The notes under the pieces were generated by a model. It was not told where the DNA came from and made no database searches. It worked only from the letters and a program-made list of their open reading frames with translations. A stretch of DNA of 64,000 bases from an uncultured delta proteobacterium (GTDB lineage: Bacteria > Desulfobacterota > Desulfobaccia > Desulfobaccales > 0-14-0-80-60-11), in assembly GCA_963812015.1 (NCBI GenBank), contig CAWETI010000002.1:192001-256000 (forward strand), given 5' to 3'. Positions 19,519 to 29,011 of this stretch are shown piece after piece; position 1 is the stretch's first letter, and every line of letters starts with the position of its first letter. A program made the translations under genes and the position numbers.

Positions 19519-20670
19519 ATGAAAATATTCACCCGAGAAGAGCTGCGTACTCTCACCGTGCCGCCCCAGGCGCCGTGTGTGTCCATCTATATGCCCACCC
19601 ACCGCGTTGCCACGGAAAATCAGCAAGACCGCACCAGGCTGAAGAATCTGATCCGCCAGGCCCAGGAATCCCTCCAGGCCTTTGGCTTGCGTCCGGCCGA
19701 GGCGGAGTCCTTTCTGGAACCGGTCACCGACCTTTTGGGAGCCATCCCTTTCTGGAAAGACAAGCGGGACGGGCTGGCTCTGTTCATCTCCCCCGGGATG
19801 TTTCGCCAATACCAGCTGCCCACCGCCTTCGAGCCCCTGGTAGTGGTGGCCCACCGGTTCCACGTCAAACCGCTCCTGGGTTTCCTGGGCGGCAATGAAT
19901 TCTTCGTCCTGGCCTTGAGCCAAAATGCGGTCCGGCTCTTCGAGGGGTCCCGCCTAGGACTGAGCGCCATCGATGACCTGGAAGGGGTGCCCAAAAGCCT
20001 GGCCGACGCCCTGAAATACGATGAATTGATCAAACAGGTGCAATTCCGCACCGGCACCGCGGTGGGGGGCGCCAGAGGCGAGCGGGCCGCCATGTTTCAC
20101 GGCCAGAGCGCCGATGATGCGAAAGATAAAATCCTGCGGTACTTCCGCCAGATCGACCAGGGGCTGCAAGACTTCCTCCGGGAGGAACAGGCCCCCTTAG
20201 TCCTGGCCGGAGTGGAGTATCTTCTGCCCATTTACCGGGAAGTAAACACCTATCAGCACCTGTTGGACGAGGGCATCACCGGCAACCCCGAGGGGGTGAG
20301 CCCCGAGGACCTGCACCGGCAGGCCTGGACCCTGGTGGGGCCTTACTTTAAGCGGGAGCAGGAGAAGGCAGCGGCCCGCTACCGGCAGTTGGCCGGCACC
20401 GGCAGGACCGCCAATGATCCCCGGGAGATCGTCCCCGGGGCCTATCATGGCCGGGTGGAGTTCCTGTTTGTGGCGGTGGGCCGCCAGCAGTGGGGGGATT
20501 ACGATCCGGGTGAAAGCCGGGTCGACGTCCATCTGGAAGCCCAGCCCGGCAGCTTCGATCTCCTGGACCTGGCCGCGACCCAAACCCTGTTGCACGGCGG
20601 GGCGGTCTATGCCGTCGAGGCCGCCGAGGTGCCGGATGCGGCGCTACTGGCGGCCGTCTTCCGCTATTAA
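19519..20670 (+). CDS. Bacterial archaeo-eukaryotic release factor family (baeRF3/7-like) protein
   Basis: PCVSIYMPTHR...DRTRLKNL, FHVKPLL, LALSQNAVRLFEG, PLVLAGVEYL and AAVFRY C-terminus; no GGQ. Confidence 0.85.
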   Translation: MKIFTREELRTLTVPPQAPCVSIYMPTHRVATENQQDRTRLKNLIRQAQESLQAFGLRPAEAESFLEPVTDLLGAIPFWKDKRDGLALFISPGMFRQYQLPTAFEPLVVVAHRFHVKPLLGFLGGNEFFVLALSQNAVRLFEGSRLGLSAIDDLEGVPKSLADALKYDELIKQVQFRTGTAVGGARGERAAMFHGQSADDAKDKILRYFRQIDQGLQDFLREEQAPLVLAGVEYLLPIYREVNTYQHLLDEGITGNPEGVSPEDLHRQAWTLVGPYFKREQEKAAARYRQLAGTGRTANDPREIVPGAYHGRVEFLFVAVGRQQWGDYDPGESRVDVHLEAQPGSFDLLDLAATQTLLHGGAVYAVEAAEVPDAALLAAVFRY

Positions 20671-20755
20671 GGCTGAGGCGGGGCTGGCCGGGGACGGCAA
20701 ACCGAGGGGGGCCGCAGGGGGAGAAATAACCTGGAATTCCTCATTAATTATTCAC

Positions 20756-20791
20756 TTCCCACTCTGACCCTCCTCCCTCAAGGGGGAGGGC
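20756..20791. repeat. REP-like hairpin of the CCCTCACCC/CCCTCTCCC class
   Basis: TTCCCACTCTGACCCTCCTCCCTCAAGGGGGAGGG downstream of the baeRF gene. Confidence 0.45.
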
Positions 20792-20894
20792 AATAATCGC
20801 CCCTCATCCCTAAAGGCACTTCGGAAACGCCGCGTTAGGTCCTAAGGTCTTGAATCCCGACAACTGCCGGCGGACCAAGGAGGATTGGCTGGAT

Positions 20895-21632
20895 ATGGGC
20901 GGCCCGGCCCCCATCCACATCGGCACCTCGGGCTGGCACTACGGGCACTGGCGGGGCCCCTTTTATCCTGAGGGCCTGAGCGCCGACCAGTTTCTCTCCC
21001 ATTATGCCGTCCGCTTCCAAACGGTGGAAATCAACAATTCCTTCTACCAACTGCCTTCGGAGCGGGCCCTCACGACCTGGCGGGACACCGCGCCCCCGGG
21101 CTTCATCTTTGCCGTCAAGGCCAGCCGCTTCATCACCCACATGAAAAAGCTGAAGGACCCGGAGCATTCCCTGCCGCCGTTCCTGGAAAGGGTGGCGCGG
21201 CTGGGTGAGAAGCTGGGCCCCATCCTCTTGCAGTTGCCCCCCCGCTGGCATTTTGATGCGGCCCGGCTGGCCGCCTTCCTTAGGGCGCTGCCGGGAGAGT
21301 ATCGCTATACCCTGGAACTGCGGGATCAGACCTGGATCAATGCCAAGGCTTTGGAGCTCCTGGCCGCCCATGGCGCGGCCTTCTGCATCTATGAGTTGGC
21401 CGGCTATCTGTCCCCCCGGGAGGTCACCGCGGATTTTGTCTATATCCGCCTCCACGGCCCCGGCGGCCCCTATCAGGGCCGTTACGACGACCGGACCCTG
21501 ACGGCCTGGGCCGGGGCCATCGCCGCCTGGAGCCGGCAAGGCCGGGAGGTTTTCTGCTACTTCGACAACGACGAAGCGGGCTACGCCGCCCAAAACGCCT
21601 TGCAGTTGCAGGATATGCTCTTAAAAGGGTGA
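20895..21632 (+). CDS. DUF72 family protein
   Basis: IGTSGWHY, TVEINNSFY, FAVKASRFITH, QLPP, YIRLHG and YFDND; ATG 20895 preferred over the track's TTG. Confidence 0.93.
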   Translation: MGGPAPIHIGTSGWHYGHWRGPFYPEGLSADQFLSHYAVRFQTVEINNSFYQLPSERALTTWRDTAPPGFIFAVKASRFITHMKKLKDPEHSLPPFLERVARLGEKLGPILLQLPPRWHFDAARLAAFLRALPGEYRYTLELRDQTWINAKALELLAAHGAAFCIYELAGYLSPREVTADFVYIRLHGPGGPYQGRYDDRTLTAWAGAIAAWSRQGREVFCYFDNDEAGYAAQNALQLQDMLLKG

Positions 21633-21998
21633 GCGGCCCCCTGCCACCCGCACGTCCTCGCCGCAGTCTGCCCCCGGAAGGGAGAGGAGTGGCAAGATTC
21701 TTTGCACAGATAACGAAAAATTATCACGACATAATGATGCGGTTTGCTAGCGGCAGGCCACCATCTACGTCCTCCGGCCTCGGGAGATGCAGTCAAATGA
21801 TCCAGAGGCTTACCCGCATCGGATGGAAATCCAAATAGACATTAGCCCTTCATTCATGCTATCCTTCCTTTGCCCTAAGCTCCATGATTCCTTAACCATT
21901 CCCGGCTTGGGGCGCTCTCCGCATCGGGCCGACTGCCCCGGCGGCAGGGGTCTTTTTCCTGACACCAACCGCTCAAGGTGCTCGCCTGGAGGTGATGC

Positions 21999-22790
21999 AT
22001 GCCCATGAAGCAAGTCGGCTTGGCGCTGGGCGGGGGCGGAGCCAAGGGGCTCAGCCACATCGCCTTTCTCAAGGCTCTGGATGAACTGGGGGTACGGCCG
22101 GCGGTCATCGCCGGCACCAGCATCGGGGCCGTCATCGGCGGCCTCTATGCCGCCGGGGTTTCCGGGGCCGGGCTGGAGGTACTGCTCAAGACCATCGGCT
22201 TCATGGAACTCTACAAGATTGTCCTGGACTTCTCCATCCTGAGCAATTCCGCTATCTTCACCGGCAAGATGGTGGAAGAGTTTCTCGCCCGGCAGATGCC
22301 GTGCCAGACCTTCGAAGAAGTTGAGATTCCCCTTAAAGTCGTCGCCACGGATTTCTGGAACCGCCGGGAGGTGGTATTCGAAAGCGGCAGCCTCATCACC
22401 GCCATCCGGGCCTCCATGGCCCTGCCGGCAATTTTCGAACCGGTACTCCTCAACGACAAGGTCCTCATAGATGGCGGCGCCGTAAATCCCTTGCCGTATG
22501 ATCTCATCCGGCAGGAGTGCGAGCTTTTGATCGCCATCGACGTCTCCGGCGAAAAGACTTATGCCCCCGAGTCGCCGGTCCCCAATATGGTGGAAAGCAT
22601 CCTGTCCACCTTCCAGATCATGCAAGCTTCCATTGTGGAGGCCAAGAAGAGACTTTCCCCGCCTGATATCTATGTAAAACCGGCCCTGACCAATATCCGG
22701 GTGCTGGACTTTTACCGATATAAGGAAATCCTGGCGGGTGTGGAGGATGAGGTGCAAGGGTTTAAGGAAACCTTGCAAAATCTCCTCTAA
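21999..22790 (+). CDS. Patatin-like phospholipase
   Basis: LGGGGAKG, GTSIG nucleophile elbow and DGG. Confidence 0.93.
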   Translation: MPMKQVGLALGGGGAKGLSHIAFLKALDELGVRPAVIAGTSIGAVIGGLYAAGVSGAGLEVLLKTIGFMELYKIVLDFSILSNSAIFTGKMVEEFLARQMPCQTFEEVEIPLKVVATDFWNRREVVFESGSLITAIRASMALPAIFEPVLLNDKVLIDGGAVNPLPYDLIRQECELLIAIDVSGEKTYAPESPVPNMVESILSTFQIMQASIVEAKKRLSPPDIYVKPALTNIRVLDFYRYKEILAGVEDEVQGFKETLQNLL

Positions 22791-23105
22791 ACAGAATTCG
22801 GCTGGAAACCATAGAGGATTGGGCCACACGGTAATCGCCGGTCCAGGCGCGTCAATCTGCCGGTCACTGGGGTTAACTCATGCGGATTACGTTTTAGGGC
22901 ACTTTTTAGGAATAGAATGTTAACACACGATTAAATCTGAAGGTTTCTGCTCTAGATCAGCTATTTTAGGTCGGCAAATTTTCTTTGATATGTTCCCATT
23001 ATCATCAAAGTAAACTGAGCCGAAATTGCCGAGATACCTCAAACATCAATCCTTTCCCAGCTCAATTCGGCCAGGTTCAACCACCCTCCCGGTCAGCTCC
23101 GATGA

Positions 23106-25628
23106 TTACAGGATCGACAGGCGTTCGTCGTAGATGAATTCCCGGGTATGGCGGGCCACCCGTTCCGGTTCTATGTGGATTCTGGCGGTGCCCGTTGCCA
23201 TGGCGGCCCGGGCCACGGCCTCGGCCACCACCGGGGGCACGCGGAAATCCATGGCTTCCGGCAGGATATAGCCCGGGCTGAGTTTGTCGCCCACCAGGCC
23301 GGCGATGGCGTGGGCCGCGGCAATGTTCATGGCATCGTTGATGCCCCGGGCCCGGATGTCCAGGGCCCCCCGAAAAATGCCGGGGAAGGCCAGGCAGTTG
23401 TTCACCTGGTTAGGGAAATCCGAGCGGCCCGTGGCCACTACCAGGGCCCCGGCCGCCCGGGCGGCCTCGGGGTGAATTTCCGGGTCCGGATTGGCGAGGG
23501 CGAAGACGATGGGGTTATCGGCCATGGATCTCACCATGTCCTGGGAAAGGACGTTGGGGCCCGAAAGCCCGATGAAGACCTCGGCGCCCCGCAAGGCATC
23601 GGCCAGGCAGCCCTGCTGCCGGTCCGGGTTGGTGATGGCCGCCAACTCCTCCTTGATGGGGTTCATGCCCTTGCCGCGACCCTGGTAAATGACCCCGGTG
23701 GTGTCGCACACCGTGATGTTTTTGGCGCCGGCCTGGATCAACAGCTTGGTCACGGAAATGGCCGAGGCCCCGGCCCCGTTGAAAACGATCTTGACCTCGC
23801 CAAGTTTCCGGTCAGTGATCTTCAAGGCATTGACCATGGCGGCCAGGGACACCACCGCAGTGCCATGCTGGTCGTCGTGGAAGACCGGGATATCCAGTCG
23901 GGCGCATAATCTTTGCTCGATGTCGAAGCACCGGGGCGAGGAAATGTCTTCCAGGTTAATGCCGGCAAAAACGGGAGAGATATTCTCCACCACCTCCACG
24001 ATCCGGTCGGGTTCCTGGGTGCTGATGCAGATGGGAAAGGCCTCTACCCCCCCGAAGGTTTTAAACAAGATGGCCTTGCCTTCCATCACCGGCAGGGCCG
24101 CCCGGGGGCCGATATTCCCCAGGCCCAGGACCGCGCTGCCATCCGTGACGATGGCCACTAGATTATTCTTGCAGGTATAGTCATAGGCGCCCATGGGGTC
24201 CTGGAGGATTTTGGTACAGACCTCGGCAATCGGCCCCGGGGCATACAACCGGTTATAAATGACCTCATCCTTGATGGGCACCTTGGCATAAACCTGGATG
24301 CACCCCTGGTAGCGGCGGTGCAGCTCCACTGCCTCTTCATCGATACTCAACGACCCGTAGTCCTGGCCTTTCGAGGGTAGCCAGGCCAGCTCCCCTTCAT
24401 AAATATAACTTTCGGTCCGCTCGTGAATCCTTTCTGGCGTGACGACCTCACGAGTCATCTGGGCCACCCCGGTTTCTTGAGCCGCCCGGGCCACCGCCTC
24501 GGCAATTACCGGGGAAATGTGCCAGTCCATTTGCCGGGGAATGATGTTTTGGGGCGACAGCTTGGCTTCCGGAATCATGTCAGCCAGGGCTCGGGCTGCC
24601 GCCAGGTACATGTCGATGTTGACCCGGTGGGCCCCAACGTCCAGGCACCCCCGGAAAAATCCGGGTGTCACCAGGGATGAACGTATCTGGTTCTCACTGT
24701 CCGCCTGGCCCGTGGCCACCACCGCGGCGCCCCCGGCCTTGGCTGCCGCTTCGCTGATCTCGGGCTCCGGCAGGGCCAGGGCGAAGACGATGGGGTCTTT
24801 GGCCATGCTGGCCACCATTTCCCGGCTGACCAACCCGCCGGCGGAGAGGCCGATGAACACATCCGCCCCCTTGATGACCTCGGCCAGGCTGCCCTCGACG
24901 TCCTGGGGACCCACCAGTCGCGCGATCTCCGATTTGGCCCAGTCCATCCCCACGGTGCGGTAAACCCGGAGAGCCCCATGTCGGTCGCAAATGACGATGT
25001 TATTGTTACCGGCCACCACCAGCCCTTTGGCCACGCCGGTACCCGCGGCACCGACGCCGTTAATGACAATGCGCACGTCGCTCAGGCTCTTGCCCACCAC
25101 CTTGAGGGCGTTATAGAGGGCCGCCAGGACGATAATTCCTGAAGCGTGGTTTTCGTGGTGGAGCACCGACACCCGGACGGCGTTCCTGATCCGGTTTTCA
25201 ATGGTAAAGCATTTGGGCGCGGCGATACTTTCTAGGCAAAATCCTCCGAAGGACGGGGCCAGGACCCGGACGATCTCGATAATTTCATATGGATCCTGGG
25301 TTTTCAGGGCGATGGGGACCGCGTCCACGTTGGCAAAAGTCTTATAGAGAACTGACTTGGCCTCTAATTTGGGCAAGACCGCCGCGGCCCCGATATTGCC
25401 GAACTCATAAACCTGGCTGCCGTCAGAGATGAGGGCAATGGAATTGCCCCGGCAGGTATATTGGTAGGAAGAGGCGGGATTCCTGGCGATTTCTTTGCAC
25501 ACCGCCCCCACCCCGGGGGTGTAAATGCGGCTCAAAACCGAGACATCCCGGATGGGCATTTTGCTCCTGACCCCGATTAAACCACGATATCGCCGCCGAT
25601 AATCCAGAGCATCCGATTCGTTATCCAT
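23106..25628 (-). CDS. NAD(P)-dependent malic enzyme, tandem two-domain fusion (840 aa)
   Basis: Two consecutive small-type malic enzyme units. The C-terminal unit has TDGSAVLGLGNIG, MEGKA, NLEDI, HDDQHGT and GRSDFPNQVNN; the N-terminal unit is degenerate. Confidence 0.93.
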   Translation of the reverse strand: MDNESDALDYRRRYRGLIGVRSKMPIRDVSVLSRIYTPGVGAVCKEIARNPASSYQYTCRGNSIALISDGSQVYEFGNIGAAAVLPKLEAKSVLYKTFANVDAVPIALKTQDPYEIIEIVRVLAPSFGGFCLESIAAPKCFTIENRIRNAVRVSVLHHENHASGIIVLAALYNALKVVGKSLSDVRIVINGVGAAGTGVAKGLVVAGNNNIVICDRHGALRVYRTVGMDWAKSEIARLVGPQDVEGSLAEVIKGADVFIGLSAGGLVSREMVASMAKDPIVFALALPEPEISEAAAKAGGAAVVATGQADSENQIRSSLVTPGFFRGCLDVGAHRVNIDMYLAAARALADMIPEAKLSPQNIIPRQMDWHISPVIAEAVARAAQETGVAQMTREVVTPERIHERTESYIYEGELAWLPSKGQDYGSLSIDEEAVELHRRYQGCIQVYAKVPIKDEVIYNRLYAPGPIAEVCTKILQDPMGAYDYTCKNNLVAIVTDGSAVLGLGNIGPRAALPVMEGKAILFKTFGGVEAFPICISTQEPDRIVEVVENISPVFAGINLEDISSPRCFDIEQRLCARLDIPVFHDDQHGTAVVSLAAMVNALKITDRKLGEVKIVFNGAGASAISVTKLLIQAGAKNITVCDTTGVIYQGRGKGMNPIKEELAAITNPDRQQGCLADALRGAEVFIGLSGPNVLSQDMVRSMADNPIVFALANPDPEIHPEAARAAGALVVATGRSDFPNQVNNCLAFPGIFRGALDIRARGINDAMNIAAAHAIAGLVGDKLSPGYILPEAMDFRVPPVVAEAVARAAMATGTARIHIEPERVARHTREFIYDERLSIL

Positions 25629-25849
25629 ATATCCCTACCTTGCGTGGCGATCAGCCATAAATCTTCAGATGAATTCCTTATGTGTATAATGGAGTTTAAA
25701 CCTCAGGCTGGCAAGGTCATTTTGACGTTGACCTGAAATACTCGCTTTACCGACACCTGCACCCCGGGCCCCTGGGCTTGGCGCCGCCGGGGGTTCCGGC
25801 GAGCTTCTCAGCCGCACGATCCCCCGCCCGTGGAGGCCGGCAGGCTTTA

Positions 25850-28474
25850 TCAGGATGCGGCATGATCGGCCCGGCGGCGGGGCAGGGAGAAATAAAAGGT
25901 GGCCCCGCCGTCGACCTGGCCTTCGGCCCAGACGCGGCCGCCATGCCGTTGGACGATGCGCTGCACCAGGGCCAGCCCCACCCCGGTCCCTTCAAATTCC
26001 TCATAGCGGTGCAACCGCTGAAACACCCCGAATAACTTATGGGCATATTGCGCATCGAAGCCCACGCCGTTGTCCTTGACGTAATAGACCTCCTCGTCTC
26101 CGGCGCTCCGGCAACCCACCTCGATGACCGCCGCTTCCCGGGGACGGGTAAATTTGAGGGCATTGTCCAGAAGATTGACCCAGACCTGGTGCATCAAGGC
26201 CCGGTCAGCCCGGGTGGCGGAGAGGGGCTTGAGGTCCCACTCCACCGCCCGGCTCCCCAGGGTGTCTTTGAGCTCCCCCACCACGTCCCGGACCAGCCGC
26301 TCCATGTCCAGGGCGGCGACCTTCACCGCCCGGCGGCCCAACCGGGAAAAGGCCAGGAGGTCGTCGATGAGCTGGGCCATTTTCCCGGTATTGACCCGGA
26401 TGATATCCAACAACCGATGCCCTTCGGCATTCAGGCCGACGGCATGGTCTTTCAGGAGAATCCGGGAGAAACCGTCAATGGCCCGGAGGGGCGCCCGCAG
26501 GTCATGGGAGACGGAATAGGAAAAACTTTCCAGCTCCCGGTTGGCCGCCTCCAGTTGGGCCGTGCGCCTTTGCACCCGCTGTTCCAGCTCCTCATTGAGT
26601 TGGTGGATCTCTTGCTCGGCTTTTTTCCGGTCCGTGACGTCATTGAGGGCAAAGACCAGAAAATCCACCTCACCCGCGTCAGCCAATATCGGCACCAGGG
26701 TCCAATCCCAGTAAGTCACGCCCCATTCCGGGTGATCGGGAAAGATAAAGGGTTTGGCCACGGCCTGGTAAGGCAGCTTGGTCCTTACCACCCGGGTGAA
26801 GATGGCCTGGTTTTCCTCGCCGGGATATAAGGCGAAATGATTGTGGCCCGGGAACTCCGAGACGTCTCGCTGGCAGGCGTGGGCATAAGCCGCATTCACC
26901 CGGATGAAGTTGAACTCCTTATCCAGGAACACCAGGGGGGTGATGGTGTGGGCAAAGAAGGCCTCCAGGCTGCGGGTCTTTTCCTTGAGGATTTCTTCGG
27001 CCCGCTTGCGCTCGGTGATGTCTATGCCCAACTCCAGGACCAGTGGGGAACCGTCGCTGTCGGCAAAGGGATAGTCATAGGTATGGTAGGTCCTCTCCCC
27101 CCGGTGGGTCCACTCCCGCTCCTGGGGTTCGTGGGTGTCCAAGACCATCATGACCCGGCAATCTTCGCAAGGAGTATCATGCCCGTGCATAACTTGGTAA
27201 CACGGGCGGCCGCCGGGGTCCCCGAACCGTTCCCGGAAAAAGCGGTTGGCAAACTTGATGGAATAATCCGGTGCCTTCAGGTTCACGTAGGCGGGCAGCT
27301 CCTCCAGGAGGGACATGAGGCGCCGGCGTTCCGCCTCCAGGGCCGTTTCGGCCCAACGCAGGGCCGTAATGTCCCGGATCACCCCGATGACCCCCAGGGG
27401 CCCGCCTGAGGGATCGGTTATGAGGGAAGCATTGATCAATACCGGGACCTCGTGCCGGTCTTTGGTTAAGAGGCTGCACTCCAGGTCCCGTTTGTAGCCC
27501 TCCTCCAGACAGGCGGTAAGACCGGCTAGGGCCTTGAGGCCATCCCGGTCTGCCACCAGCTTGGTGGCCAGTTCTCCCAAGACTTCCCGGCCCCAGCCGA
27601 AATATTCCGTCAGGGCTTTGTTAATGTGGGTAATGCGTCCCCTGAGGTCGGTGATGATCACCCCGTCCAGCATGCCGTCAACGGTCTGAACCGCCATGCC
27701 GGCGGCCGCCGCGGCTTCCTGGGCTCGCATGGTTTCCTCGGCGCTCATGCCAATTTGCCGCCCCGCCATGACGATTCCCACCACCCCCAGCATCCAGAGC
27801 ATCAGGTGCCCCAGGATGAGAGACCAGGTATGCCAGCCCGTCGTCATTATGGGATTCATGGGCACCGACACGCTGATGCCCCCCCGGATGTCGCCCACCT
27901 TGTATCCCTGCTCCTCATGGCAGGTAAGGCAGCTGGGATCGATGCGGAAGGGACGCATCAGACGCATATGGTCCTTGCCATCGATGAGGACCACTTCGCT
28001 GACTTCCTCGCGGCCGTGTTCAAAAGCCTCCAGGGCCTTTCGTTCCCATGGATCAGGGGCGTTTTGGGGGCGGAGGGGCTTCAAACTGGTAAGGTGCCCT
28101 TGGGGAAGACCGGACTGTTGGGCCAATTCATATACCTGGCGGGTCACATAGGCCGGGTTCAGCAAAGTGAGCCGGCGGCCCGAGGGCGTGACGATATCCC
28201 GCTCCGGCAGCTGGGCCAGGTAGGGAGTGGGAGGCGTGTTGGGAGTCACCCAGACATAAACGCCCCCGTGGGCCGCGGCCCAGCGCCGGTAGAGCACGTC
28301 CCGCTCATAATTGGTCAACGCAATATGACGGGCCACCCGTAAATCCTCTTCCCTGTCTTGAAACAGATTCCACCCCAGTGACGCCGCCGCCACCAGGGTC
28401 CATACCCCTACCACGATCCAGCCATAGTGCTTTAGGGGGATCGAGTGCCTCTTGCTTTTCGCGTCTGCGTGCAT
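25850..28474 (-). CDS. Sensor histidine kinase with periplasmic c-type heme domain (DUF3365/Tll0287-like) and three PAS domains
   Basis: TM, HGGVY, LNPAY, SLKPLRPQNAPDPWE, CLTCH, GDIRGGISV, TM; then PAS x3, YSVSHDLRAPL and GTGVGLA. Confidence 0.9.
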   Translation of the reverse strand: MHADAKSKRHSIPLKHYGWIVVGVWTLVAAASLGWNLFQDREEDLRVARHIALTNYERDVLYRRWAAAHGGVYVWVTPNTPPTPYLAQLPERDIVTPSGRRLTLLNPAYVTRQVYELAQQSGLPQGHLTSLKPLRPQNAPDPWERKALEAFEHGREEVSEVVLIDGKDHMRLMRPFRIDPSCLTCHEEQGYKVGDIRGGISVSVPMNPIMTTGWHTWSLILGHLMLWMLGVVGIVMAGRQIGMSAEETMRAQEAAAAAGMAVQTVDGMLDGVIITDLRGRITHINKALTEYFGWGREVLGELATKLVADRDGLKALAGLTACLEEGYKRDLECSLLTKDRHEVPVLINASLITDPSGGPLGVIGVIRDITALRWAETALEAERRRLMSLLEELPAYVNLKAPDYSIKFANRFFRERFGDPGGRPCYQVMHGHDTPCEDCRVMMVLDTHEPQEREWTHRGERTYHTYDYPFADSDGSPLVLELGIDITERKRAEEILKEKTRSLEAFFAHTITPLVFLDKEFNFIRVNAAYAHACQRDVSEFPGHNHFALYPGEENQAIFTRVVRTKLPYQAVAKPFIFPDHPEWGVTYWDWTLVPILADAGEVDFLVFALNDVTDRKKAEQEIHQLNEELEQRVQRRTAQLEAANRELESFSYSVSHDLRAPLRAIDGFSRILLKDHAVGLNAEGHRLLDIIRVNTGKMAQLIDDLLAFSRLGRRAVKVAALDMERLVRDVVGELKDTLGSRAVEWDLKPLSATRADRALMHQVWVNLLDNALKFTRPREAAVIEVGCRSAGDEEVYYVKDNGVGFDAQYAHKLFGVFQRLHRYEEFEGTGVGLALVQRIVQRHGGRVWAEGQVDGGATFYFSLPRRRADHAAS

Positions 28475-29011
28475 AACGGCTCCGTTATACCAGCATCTTC
28501 ACAGATCCCGGTCGAGACCCCGTAGTCAGGCCGCCGTCCTGTGCTTCCCGTTAGTGCATCCTTCCGGCCGGATATCATGGCTCCGACGCCTAATCTCAGT
28601 ATATCAATAAATTATAAAATTTTTTGCCCAGATATAAAGGACCGGATAAATAGCTGCTTCTGGACCTTGGAGCGAGGGACGGCGGGAATGATTGCCGCCG
28701 CTGGACCGTGAACCTTAAACCATTTTCACGTGTCCCGTTAAAGACCCAGGTCCCAGGGCGAGGCGAACCGGAAGGATAACGCCGCGGCGGAACTTCTGGA
28801 AGCGACAGCCAAACTAAAACAATTAAGCGCCAAACTCATGGAACTCTCGGAAGTGATGAAAAAAGTAGAAGCAGGGCAAGGCCGGCTGCAGAAAGTGGAA
28901 GAAAAACTGTTTCTCGAAAGTTTTAGTCAAAAGTCGTTTTTTGACCGCATCGGTAACGGAAAAGATTAGCAGGGCTCGAAAGTGGCGTAACCTAGGGGCA
29001 GGCATTCACGG

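Noticed and set aside
21690..21706. Possible sigma-54 promoter TGGCAAGATTCTTTGCA
   Set aside because: GG-N11-GC; sigma-54 needs exactly N10.
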